Assembly: GCA_964035545.1 (NCBI GenBank)
Contig: OZ037766.1
Span: 1,178,001-1,242,000 of the forward strand
DNA length: 64,000 nt
Direction of reading: 5' to 3'
Source: Bugula neritina
Lineage: Eukaryota; Animalia; Bryozoa
This document shows, piece by piece, positions 41,036-54,600 of this stretch. The notes below the pieces were generated by a model. That model was not told the origin of the DNA, searched no databases, and saw only the letters and a list, made by a program, of their open reading frames with translations. A program made the position numbers and the translations under genes. Position 1 is the stretch's first letter. The number at the start of each line of letters is the position of its first letter.

Positions 41036-41276
41036 GTGGCTATTAGCTATGTATGTATAAATTTAGAGTGTACTGGCTCAAGTAGTGAAGTTTTATTCTT
41101 ACCATTAGCTGTGGTAAAAAGGTAAAAATGAAAAACAAACAAAAAATATATCTTATTTGATCACTGATGAATATGATTCATTATGATAACAAATAAATAA
41201 CAGTAAACATAAACCTATAATGTTATTAAATATTTTGCCTCCTTAGTTGTGTTGCTATTATACAATTTATTATATG

Positions 41277-41945
41277 CAGTGGTAGAGTTGCGTGGGTACA
41301 CCGTAGTCCCACCATGCTTTCTTTGGGTTCCTTAAACTCGCTCCATCATCATTTCCCCTTAAACTCGCAAATGCTTAAGTAAAAGTAGTCATTAAATTAT
41401 AGTTAATGGTTTAACATAAAGCCTGTGAGAAAGCTCTGAGAAGTATTGAAATCCAAATAAAACTAGTGGCTGATATCCACTGTCATTATTTGCTTGAATA
41501 ATTTGATAAATGAGCAGTTTTCTGAGTTATAACCTGTTGAATTTTTTCAGGTTTATGCCAGTTATTTTTTGCATGTCATAAATTTGTGGAAATACAAATA
41601 ATAATAAACATGTGAATATCAATATAATATATAATTCATTTTTTTAAAAATCTCAACAGTAACATGATTTAGTTTTGAAATAAACAAGTTATCTTATAAT
41701 TTGTGTTATACTTTTAAAGTTGACAGTTAATCCATGCAATATGAATATTATGCATTGTATTTGAATTTTTTCACCCTAAAGGTGATTGAAATTGCTGTCT
41801 AAAACAAGGTGGCAAAGTTTTAAACTGCTTTTCCCTAGCTTTCTACTTTATAAAACTTAAATAGAGAAATTTATAGGTACTAAGGCTTATAGTAGGCAAT
41901 TTTTATGGTACCCCCCAACACATTTTCTCCACACCTTGACCACCG
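41277..41945. mobile_element. Possible old hAT-type MITE
   Basis: Ends CAGTGGTAGAG / CTTGACCACCG (imperfect TIR) with 6/8 matching flanks (ATTATATG / GTTATATA). Confidence 0.35.
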
Positions 41946-42611
41946 GTTATATATTGTATGTTTCAACACTTGGAGAGAGAAACTAAACTTCAAATTTTCA
42001 GATTGACCACGCTGACTGACTAACTAAGATTGTGATTCTTATGCTTCTCTATTCTAAAGTAGCTTTTCAATAGTATAGCCATATAGCCATTGAACCCCAC
42101 TACCAAGCTTATCTTACTATATTTAGTTGGGCTAAGCTATACACTCTACTCCAGCTTAATCCACACACAGCGTACGATATACATACATACATACATACAC
42201 ATATGTATAATGATTTATAATTTCATAAGCAAAAATGACCATGGTGATGCTTTTTCAAATGCCATAGCAAGTGTCACATTTTTCTCTTCCAATTACATCA
42301 AATTATAGCAGGCAATGTGGTTTTGAATCATAACTGATTTTACAGTTATCTCTGTTAAAAGCATAATATGAAAATAATAAAACTTCCAACACGATGTCCA
42401 ATGTCATGTTTTAAACATAAGAAATAATATGATATTCATCAGAACTTGTTTTGATTATATAGCTGTTGTCAAATTAGTCAGAAAAACATTAATCAATAAG
42501 TTTCCGTGTTTTTGACTTGTATTCTAGTAAATTATTGAAAGCCACTCATGCACATTCGGAAACCAGACTTTCTTACACACTGGTGTTACTGGCATTTCCT
42601 CCAGTTCAGAA

Positions 42612-45600
42612 ATGAATAAATTAACAATTTCAGTTTTCATCCTCAGTATACTCGGTGTTAATATCTTGTTCACTGCAGCTCAGGTATATATGTTACAAAT
42701 ACATATTAAAGTTACTGATATATAGGCTATTCGCTATGTTATTGGAGAATAACGTAAAACCATGCTATATTACTGTAATATAATCATAGTATTATAACAA
42801 CTAATGTATTTTGCAGTGCTGATGCTTAAATAAATAATAAAATGCAAAAATCGAAAACTTTTTATCTCAAACTTTAAACCTGAAATGAGAATAGCTTGTA
42901 AGATATTGCCTTATATTATTATGTTATATTATAAAATGTACTATATTATAATATATTGTATTATGTTATATAGTATAATTATAATGCAAATTATATTACA
43001 TTGTAATACACTAAATATATTATAACATTATATGTTATTAGAACATATTATATATTGCTATAATATAATTGTTATATGATATAATAAAATAGTTTATATC
43101 ATATTACAATATAATGTATTGTAAGATTATATAATATAATATATTATATTATACTTAGAAAAATGCATACTGTAATATAGTTATACTATATTATAATATA
43201 ATATAGTATCATATAGTTTAGTTTAAAGGTATAGTATCATAATATAGTATAGTATAATATTAATTGTAGTATACATAGCACAATAATGCTAATATAGTTA
43301 TATAGTATTATAATATAATATTAAACAATATATAACAAAACGTGATATAATAAAAGACATTGCATTATATGATAATATAAAATATTACAAAAGTTTTATG
43401 TCAGTTTTGAAATTTTTTCAGGAAGATGGTGACGTTTACCTGACGGAAGGCTTAAAAGGACTTCTCTATGTTTATCGAAACTCGGTGTAAATATATCCTC
43501 ATACCTCTTAATTTCTAGCCAACTAAACTCTATCGAATTGATTCAAGTTAAAAGTTATTATCACACTTAAAATTATTAAGTTATGTTTGTAGTTGCTAGC
43601 TTATAATTATATGCAACTGTTATGGTAATTTTTGAACAAGAAGCCGAAAACAAGTTCACAAAAATCAATGATCATGAAATTATCTCCTTTGTATAAAAGA
43701 TATGTGATTGAAAAATGTCTACGAAGTAAGATCATGCATATAATACTGTAATATAATTCTAGTATAATAACAACTAATGTATTTTACAGTGCTGATGCTT
43801 GATTTTGAATAAATAATGAAATGGAAAAATCAAAAACTTTTTATCTCGAAGCTTTAACCAGAAATGGGAATATTGGATATAAATTTCAGCTTTCTAGTGT
43901 TGTGTAAAAACATTCACAGAAAGACAATGAATAGTGCCGGCATGGTTTTCAAGTGCTTTATACTTCTATACGTATACATATGTGCCATTATATATGAATT
44001 GTCCTAGAAAAGGACCAGTGTGTAATGATAGTCCCCCCCCCCCCCCCCGTCCCAGTTGGACAAGTGGTGTGTAGAAATCTTGGTGCCACATCCCTCATTA
44101 ACATTACACGTGGAAATACAGGTCCTACAAGAAGTATGTATATTTATATTTATATTCATGTTGACAATATTTGGTGCAAAACACTCAGCAGAGATATTTC
44201 TACACTCAAAGTATTTCCCTTTCTATAAATAACTAATGCATGACATGAAAATATGATTTGAAAAACTATGAGTGGCATAAAATGATTGTACATGTTAATT
44301 AATTAATGTAACCACTTATACTTTATTGTGTTTTGTGTAGCAAATAGTCATGCAATTAAAATTCTTTGTTTATTCTGCACTATGATTAAAAATGTTGTGA
44401 GTTTTGACTTATAAAAACCAGTAACATTTACAATATCCTGTGTGATCTAGAAAGATTTTTATTTGGTGGCATAAGACAGCAGCTATTATAGCCTACATAC
44501 ATAACTATAATAATACCCTTTAGATAAATATATATCTTATTAACTTTTATCTATATACCCATGCATCTAATAACTATGATTGTAGACTTCTTACTAGATG
44601 ATGTATACTGCAATGGGACAGAAAGTAACTTAGCAGAATGTAATCACTATCCTTGGGGTTCTCATGATTGTGGTGAAACTGAACATTTCTATGTGGAGTG
44701 TGAAGGTTAGTATATTGAGATCAGTTTTACTCTATTCTACTCACTTTATTTCTGTACACTATAATATACTCTATAACATATAACTGTGTATTGTATACAC
44801 TATACTCTACACACTGTATACTTTGCACACTGTATACTCTACACACTGTACATTATATACACTGTATATTCTATATACTGTATATTCTACATACTGTGTA
44901 TTCTATATCACACTTTATATTATATACACTGTATATTTTATACACTGTATATTCTACATACTGTGTATTTTATATAACACTTTATATTATATACACTGTA
45001 TATTTTATACACTGTATATAATTATACACACTGTGTATATACGCTACATTCTGTATATTCTCTATACACTATATGTAGCGTCACCACTAACTATGGATGA
45101 GTTGTACTGGTGTTGGTGTTAGTATCTTTATTTTTACTTATTCCAACTGCCGTAAGAAACTGTAAAAGTAGGTTATGCAAATATAACTGGTTTTTATAAT
45201 AAAACAAACAGAAAACTATTTATGAAATTGTAAAATATTCAAGCATATATGCAGATTTTAGATTAATCACCTCTTGCCTTCTTTTAGTGGCTAGCTAGGG
45301 TGGGTTTGACTCTAGGAAATGACATTGTAGGTCTACTAAAAATATTAAAGTTTATAATAAAACTGACATTAAATGATAACTGCCATAGACAAAGTTAAGT
45401 AATTATATCAGTTAAGACAAGTAATGATGCATGTATCACATAAACAAAGATGAAACTTGCATTCAAAGTTGACTTGAATTAGTAGTTGCAGTAAAATACT
45501 GTTATGAGTAAAAGTAAAACTTTAAGCTACAAATTAGGGTACTATCCTGTGACAAACTGATCAATAACTGGAGAACTTGCCTTAAGAATTCGTAATTTTA

Positions 45601-48600
45601 TGAGAAATCTATTATAAAGTAAACACAGTATATAGCCATGAATTCTATCATGCACTGACCACACTGGCATTCCAAACTTTTTAAACTCCTAAACATGTTA
45701 AATAAACCAAATATTTATTATTAAGTTGAAATAGATGAAAATACTTAAAAAAAGCTTCAAACCATTACAAATACTAAAAAACAAAACTAACCTGTGCCTC
45801 TTTAAGTTAATTCCAATTCAAATTCATTTATATTTTGTTAATTATATCATTTAAAATTGATTGTTATTGATGTGATGAACTTGCATCGCTAGCGCCTACT
45901 ATTCTACTAGCTGTAGGTTCAACGTCTGCACTGAAACATCCGGGCTGCCGAAGCGTAAAGCCACAGCCAATGGGCAAGAGTGTGCTGCTATCTAATTAAT
46001 GAATTTACAACTAGCAGTCGTTGCGTAGGCGGGAATCAAGTGATGCGATAACCTATTTGAGTGAAACGTTATGCTAAACGCAACGCTGAATGCCCGATTA
46101 ACTATTACGTATTCATTACACTACGTTACTTTTACTGCTTGAATTAATTATGTTCAGTGCTAACTTTACACTATATATCACGTAATATTGTTGAAACCTA
46201 ATTTCAGCTTATTGTGATGATATAATACATTGTGCTTAACTTCATATTTTTAATCAAGTAGCTTTTTTACAAATTAGTGAAAATATTTCAAAGCTTGTAC
46301 CAACCATAATTATGCTTATTTTATTTAAAAAAAAGTAGAATTTATATACATTATAAAAACTATTGTAAGTTTTATGCTTTGCTAAGTTCAATTCATATAA
46401 CAGCTAAAAAGTGTTAAATTTTGCAGCAGATGTGAATGAATGTCAAACAGACAATGGTGGATGTAGTCATACCTGTGTCAAAACTATTGGTTCTTTCTAT
46501 TGTGAATGTCCTGACCATTTCTATCTTTCTGATAACAAAAGAAATTGTATAGGTATGCAGTATTCACATGTATGTTATTTATTATATATAACTATGGTCT
46601 TCTTAGTGTTGGAAAGTTCTATGAAGTTAGTTATGCTATCTTTATAATTAAACAGTGGCTCTTTATATTTGGAAACAACAGTACCTCAACATTCTTGTTA
46701 ATATGTTTGAAAGAAAACAGAACATTATCTTAAACTGCACTTTTTTTATAACACATTTTGAGTCACAATAAGCTGATCAAACAAAATTAATTTTATGACC
46801 AGATTTGATAGCCTATTGCAAAACTTACTATACATTATATCCTGTCAGTTAATCCAAATATACACAACACATCCCTGTTAGTTACTTAAAAATTTGATTT
46901 TTGTGTATACAACACATGCAGTTATATTCTGTTGTCTAATAAAATGCATTTTATCAAATATATAAGATGAAAAAATTCTTTTAAATCAATAAATCAAAAT
47001 ATTATTGGTAACATAAACCTTATCTTCTATTTACAGATGTGAATGAGTGTGTAGAGGATAATGGAGGATGTTCACATAACTGTGTAAATACTGAAGGATC
47101 CTATCACTGTGAATGTCCTGAGTACCTCTATCTGTCTGACAATGAAACTTGTTCAGGTAAGCTGAGAAGATGTTGATTTGTTGTACACAACAACTCAGTG
47201 ATAAACCACCAGATGCTAAAGTAATCAATAATCCATATTAGATTATGTTAAAACTCTATTTCTTTCAGCTAATGGTACAACTATTGACTGCTCATCTTCA
47301 CATGGAATGAAAGTCACTCTGGATAAACGGACACTTTTCTTTCTGCCAGACCAACTCACTTTACTAGACACTCAGTGTGTATCCAGTTCTAACTCTACTC
47401 ATATCTGGTTGCAGACAGATTATGACAAGTGCTCCACATCTCAAAAGGTGGTGTTTATTTTTATAAAGAATATAATTGCCTAACAGTTCATTTATTACAC
47501 CGGTAATAATATGCCTATATACCACTAAATCTCTATGGGTTCAGAGTGCAGAATGATTAACCCAATTCACTGCTCCAATTGTACGTTACTTATTTTTTAT
47601 GTCCTCTATAAATTTATAAACTGCATCAACTGCTAGCACTTATCACTTGAAGATATTAGGACGGGGAATTAACTCACAAAGATTTGTTATGCTCTGCATT
47701 ATTAGAATGTATAAATACCTTTATGTGAGTCAATTCCTATTACTATCTTCATGTGATAGTTGCTAGCAGTTGATGCAGTTTATCTATTTATAGACAAACA
47801 TAAAAATAAATAACTGTTGCAGTAGCTTTTTGGTAGCTTTCCAAAAACCATTGTGTAACCAAAGTTATTTGTGAAAGCTTTCGCGATAGCTATTTACTGA
47901 CAGTTTTTGTTCGATGAGTCAGTGTAGCTCAATTTTCCTCCTGCTAACGATGCAGGCAATCTATACTTGATTGTCAAAAAAGTTGTAAGTATCAAGTATT
48001 ATATTATCTTTTGTTTTGAACTTCATTAACTAAACGTTTTGTCAGCTATGTAATTAATGTTAAGTTAACAATATGTTTGTAATTTTTATGGTTATAGGTT
48101 ACAGTATGAGTATGAGTCTAAGTATGAATGTGAGCTCAAGTCTAAGTCTAACTTAGAAAATATACTGTTGGTAATAGACAAAATATAGAGTTGTGGCCTG
48201 CTTCTGCATGTGTCCTTTATCCATTTACCCTTCATCAAGTGAATCGCCATACATAGGCATCCGTGCCAAACAGCACTCGTGCTGACGCAGTAACAATTAT
48301 CAGCTGTCACAGTAACATACAATTAGGGCAGTGAATTGGGTTTTCCCATTTTCTAAATAAGTGTTTTTCAATTATCATTTTCGAAATGTCACGGATTCAA
48401 ATCTCTATATATGGGTTCAACATAAGGGGCATGATTGAAATCCGAAGCATTTCAAAAATGAAAATTAGCAAGCACCTATTTAGAAAATGGACAAATAAGC
48501 AACAGACAACTTGAAAATAGACAGTTAGCAATTGAACAACTAAAAAATAGACATGGCCTAGTCTGGAGAAGATGCTTAGCATCTATAGCTGGGTTCCAAA

Positions 48601-51600
48601 TAGCTCATTGTAAACATTGGCGATTTTAAATTGAAACTATATTCTGTAACTAATTCTAAGCTATTTTAGACTTGATCAAATGCTGAACGCCCCCTCCAAA
48701 CTAGGCCATGTTAAATATTTTTCATTTTCCAAACCTCTACTTTCTAATTGTCTATTTTCTAATAGTCTATTTTCTAATAGTCTCTTGGTGATTTGTCTAT
48801 TTTAGAAATAGGCATTTTCCAATTGTCCTTTTCAAAATGTTGTGTCACATGAGCAGAACATTTATTAGGTGTCTGCAAATAACTCATCGAAGACACGGTC
48901 AGTTATTTTATGATGCTTTGACTTTTGGAGAGAGCAATTGAGTTTAATTGCTAAATAGAAAACATTCTTTTTATTGGAAAAATATGAGCAAGGAAACAGG
49001 AAATGAAATAAGATATACAATTAGCCAATAAGAATCCCAAATCAAATAAAACAGAAAATAATGTAGTTCAAAATAGAAATAATACGTACACAATCAGTCA
49101 AAGTACCCATATTAGTTTTAATGTATTCAAATTAAAAATCAAGTGGTCCTATTAGTTTATTCTATAAGTATTCATGGATAACTTTGACAGCTACAGCATG
49201 AGTGATAGTTGTTAAGATGAACTAGCATAAACAATTGACAGCATATGCTTTATTGGGCTATAGATCTACCTGACCATTTCTAAAAAAATTCAGTAGGTTA
49301 ATTGATCACAGCGGCTTTGCTATTTACGCCAGTTTTTTAAGTTAAACTCATCATTTTTTTAAAACTAAAAAAAACTTTAGATAAAAAGCTGAAATCTTCA
49401 TATTTACATGCAAACCCATGCAGTTAGAAAAAAATATTGTGTTTGACAACAACTGGTTTTTGTTTTTTTACGTTTGTTTTCACAAATCAATTTTTCACTA
49501 TGACTTGAGCATTTTTGAAAACCAATTTTCAAATACACAATGATTGCATCTTCAGTGCCTGGCATTACTCTTATTAATAATAGAATAATAAATAAAATAA
49601 ATTTCAAAGTTATTATGATGGCTGAAATTTTAAAACAGTTACAACTGGCTAGGTATTGTCTTCTTTAATATTTTATTCTAAATGATAGAATTATCATATT
49701 TTTACGAAACCTTTTGTTGATGAAATCAAACTAATCAGTGTTGTGCTACATACTTTTGTTGAAAATAGAATTCCTCACTTGGACATGTTAAAGTTTTTGT
49801 TTTGCAGACGGTAGATGACACTGTTGTCTTTTCCAACACCATCCTAAGTTCTGATGAAGTTGCAGCTGGCTCTGTCATGTTCTATGACTTGATCTATATT
49901 CCTTTCAAGTGTGTGTTTGCTGCTACAAGTAATGTCACTCAAGTAACCACTCAAGTTCCACGACTTATCATGAGACTTGAAGATCAAGGTAGCCTCCAGG
50001 GAAGGTAAATATGTATGTGAAAATTCAATGCATGAAATATACATGATATGTTTAAAATGGTGGCCATATTATCTGTCAATAATGGCAAAATATACTGAAA
50101 CAGTTTGCATGTCAAGACAACCTAGCTAAAATCATGGGTCATCACTGTCAGGTGTGTATGGGATTTTTGTTAGCCTAAGAGTATTTGCAGTTAATTAGAT
50201 AAGCTACTTCATATCTTTTTCAACAATAACATGTTGGTAAGAGATTTTTACAAAAGTGTCACTATAGATTGAAAAAAGAGGGTATAAACTGTCTTAAGTA
50301 GCTAGTAAATCATATTTTTGATCTTTTGGGGCAATTACAGCTTGAAGCTTTATAACGACCAATCAGATGATAGCAGCTCTCTTTCTCCACCAATTGAGCT
50401 ACGTCAAAGAGAAACTCTTTACGCAAAGTTGGAGCCAAGTGACTCTGGACTCAAACTGATACCAGATGAGTGCACAGTTTACTCTGAGCAGAGAGTAGCA
50501 AGTCAAAGGGTTATAGAGAATGGGTGAGATAGTATATTCTAGTATTCATGTGCAGTTATATCTGTCAAAGCTATCTAACATATATAGCTGGCAAGTGTGT
50601 ACTGATGCTATACCCACAATTATTTTTTTATGAAACGTCTAGAATGCAAGAATGAATCCATATAGCATTATAAAAGGTGTTTGTGGCCAACGCAGCTATC
50701 ACTGTGCATGCTTGAATTGTTGTAGGCATAGGCTCTATGGCATAATGTTTAAGTGAAACGTTAATAAAATAGGTAGTCTTGACTAACAATCTTGCAAAAT
50801 TTTCTATTGATTGGTCAAAAATATATAATATTATGTGTTGAGAACTATTAAGCAAAGAAAATTTTTTTATTTTATTCAAAGAAAAACGTGTATGTTCATA
50901 CTAGTTGAGAGTTTTAATGTATTCTAGGTTAGCTGCCACCTCTTTCACCAAGGTTCATACATCTGATGGCTACCAGCTCAGTTATCCTGCCTTTACTTTC
51001 CAAGGAGAAAAGGGAAAATACACATTGATTTGCAACTACTCTGTTGATGTGCCAACTACTCCATGTTTGAACTCTAGTTTTATTGTGTCACCTGAGGAAA
51101 TCGGTCAGTATATAAACTGTGAATGCTTATAGTTCATAGATTTTAACTGAGAAATAATTGCCCCCACTGGGAATCGAACCCGAGACTTCTGGCTTGCAAG
51201 CAAGTGTGCTAACCCATTACACCACGGGGACCACTGGGTAAACTCATCACTACATCTCACCCAGTTCTCTGAACTCCACTGGCCTATCTACTACCCCTTC
51301 AGTCTTCAGGCTCCCCTGGCCACTCAACTCCCTCAGAGTACTACTACACTTCACTAAAGGCCAAAATAGCTTGAAAAATGATTGCCCTCTCTGAGAGTCG
51401 AACCTGACACCTCTGGCTTGCAAGCAAGTGTGCTAACCATTACACCACGGGGACTACTGGATAAACTCATCAGTACATTAACTAAGCTGAATTCTTAACA
51501 AAATTTAATGAAATTGGTAGCAATAAAAACTTCAATAAAAAAAATTCCCCCGACGACCACCTAAACAATAGTGGCCCGGCCACTCCAAATCACAAAGAAA

Positions 51601-54600
51601 ATCAATATTTTGTTAATATCATTTATCTGAACACATAAATCTTGTAATGACTGTAGCCCAGGAAGCAATAACAAATTACTGTCATGGTCTGGATCAAACC
51701 CAGGAGTCTGAGATAACTATTGCCAACAAGACTGTCAAAGTACTTTGTGATTTGGACACACCTAATGGACCTTGGATTACGATTTTGAGACACACGACTG
51801 GAAGCTCTCTTTTTAATGAAAACTATACCACTTTTGAAAGGGGCTTCGGAAATGTGAGCCAAGACCATTTCATTGGTTAGTTTTAGATAAATTTTATATT
51901 TTTATTTAAGTTGTTGCGTAGGAGTATTTTATATTTTCAAAATGTTCAGAATTCATTCAATTTACTTAGCATATACAAGTATTGACATTAGAAAGAAGTC
52001 CTAGTTTGTGTAAATTGATAAGTCGTCCTTTGAATAAATCATAAAAAACGAAGCTATACTTTGATATTATTTTAGTTGTGTTGCATTGTAGAATGTAAGT
52101 TTATAGGGTAAAAAAATTCCTTTGAATAAATCATAGAAAAGAAGCTATACTTTGATGTTATTTTAGTTGTGTTGCATTGTAGAATGTAAGTTTATGGGGT
52201 AAAAAAATTCAGTGACAAAGTGTTTAGGTGCACAATACAATAAGTTTATATAGGCCTACCAAGAAACTAATTCATATCATTTGTCAACTAGATCTAATCA
52301 TCACATTAAAATAATTGTGTTTCAGGTCTAAAGTTTCTACACCTCCTCTCTCATGAACAACAAATTGAACTGAGAGTAACTCTTGGAGATGGAACTCTTT
52401 ATGCTGAATATGGTAATTTCAAAGTGGGTGGTCCTGAAACTCACTACATGATACAAGGTATGACTCATTCCCCTCTCACTTACTGCATGTATGCTAGTAG
52501 ATCATGATTATACATAACTGAGCAGAATTCATAGTAGGCTTGTGTGTGCATGGGTCAAATTGGATGTTTCAATATACATTTTCTGGTTTGTTCTGCTTTT
52601 CAGAATTGTCTGGGTACCAGGGAACAGCTGGTGTTCTTACAGATGAAGTGTCACAGAGGATGCTGGGAATGAAATTCTCTACATACGATAGAGATAATGA
52701 CCAGTGGGCAGATGGAAACTGTGCTAGTATGTGTTGAGAACTCTTTGTAGTATTGAAATCCATATTTTCTAGTTTTGCTAAAATAACTGAAATACTAATA
52801 CTAAAATGATACACATTATCATTTTTAATGTTTTTCATTAGCTGCAATCTTAAAGCATTGAACTATAGCCAATATAGTATATACTGCCATTACTCTAAAT
52901 TATGTAATTTGAATCTCAATCTACTAGCACATATCTAGATTGTTCGCAGTCACCGAAAACTTGTTCTTGTTTTTAAGACATTTCATTGGGTTATAAATCA
53001 ATAGATTGATAACTTTTTCTTGTTGAAGTTAAGCTAACTTACATAAAATATAATTGAAACTTATTATTTCTGTTTTTCTTCTAGACAGTTACAGAGCCAT
53101 GGGCTGGTGGTATGACCAATGTCTTCAAACCTGTCTGACATGTGAACCAATTGTTTACTATCAACAGAGCTTACCGTCTGAGGTCAGCATGAAGGTCAAG
53201 GTCAACAAAGCAGGTTAGAATAAACCATGTTTAAACTTTTGAAGTTTAAACTAAAGTCTATAGAAATTAAGAAGATCAACAATCCAAAACTAACTTATAA
53301 TTTGATTGCCTGTACTGTCTTCAAAAATAATAAATATAAACTAATCTTAAGGGTTTAAACTGTAATTACAAGACCACACACTGAGTGCCAGTACCATATT
53401 ATGATTTATATTATCAGATAATAGACAAGTATCTTAGTTTTTATCTCATAAAAACTTGATGCCCAAAGCTTCATCTTAAACTTAATTTAGCAAATAGTGG
53501 TTACAGTACATGCAGTTCTTAGATCATAGAGCATAAAGTTATTATATGTTCTTTATGCATAGATGCGGCGCAAAAAGGCAACACCGGGTCCCACCATTCA
53601 CAAGTCGTTGACAGCTCTCAAGTAGAACTCAGATGCACTTCAACCAGTATGCACTTCTCTATAAACAGCTCAGTTTTAGTTGGTCTCAGCCCATTGGACT
53701 TACAACCCTTAATGGAAAACTGTCAGGGGTTTACGGCTACCACCCTCAATGGTCAATACGAATACTCTATACCTCTTCTAAATTGTGGAGCGCAAATACA
53801 GGTCAGAAATTTTTGATTTGGTCAAAATAATTGTTTTCAACTTTTGGACATGTATAAAATGAAGATAAAAGTCTTTTTAAAATGGTAAATAAAATGTTTA
53901 AAATATTTAGCAAAATTTTGCAATAGTATAGGGTTTTTTACACAGTCTACCTACTATGTCCTATGACCAATATTTATATTGTAAATATATCAATTAATAA
54001 ATTATAAATGTTATACAGTATTTAAAATTTCATTTTGTTGTTTGATTGCAAAAGTCATTTTGGGAGTGTAATGAGAAATATTTTTAGAAATTTAGCTTAA
54101 TCATTGGGCACGCTATATAGTATACTTTAAAACTTATTTGTAAACTTCATATAGCTGTGTTAATTAAGACCCTATGCTACGCACATTTCATAGGTGGAAG
54201 GGGACAATTTGATTGTTACCAACTCCCTTGTCTACTCCAGTAACATAAGTTCTGAAGTTAAACACTTCTCTGACATCATCTTGACACAAAGCTGCAGATA
54301 TCCACTTAACAACTACTCAAGTTCTGTAGAATACACTGTGAGACCAGAGAACTACACTTTCACTGCAGAGAATGACGCAGAAGCCTATTTTGATATCCAG
54401 TGAGTCGTTATATCTTTTATAAAATTAGATTTCATGAGTTTTATAATTAAAAGAGTATATAAACTGATAAATTTGGGAGTACTTTTTTTAACTTCTTAAG
54501 CTTTTGTAACTATTTTAAATAAAAATGAAATAATACTATATTTATAATAATATTGAAGACTAGCAACAAAAATAGTTTCCAACGATAAATAAATTCCTAA

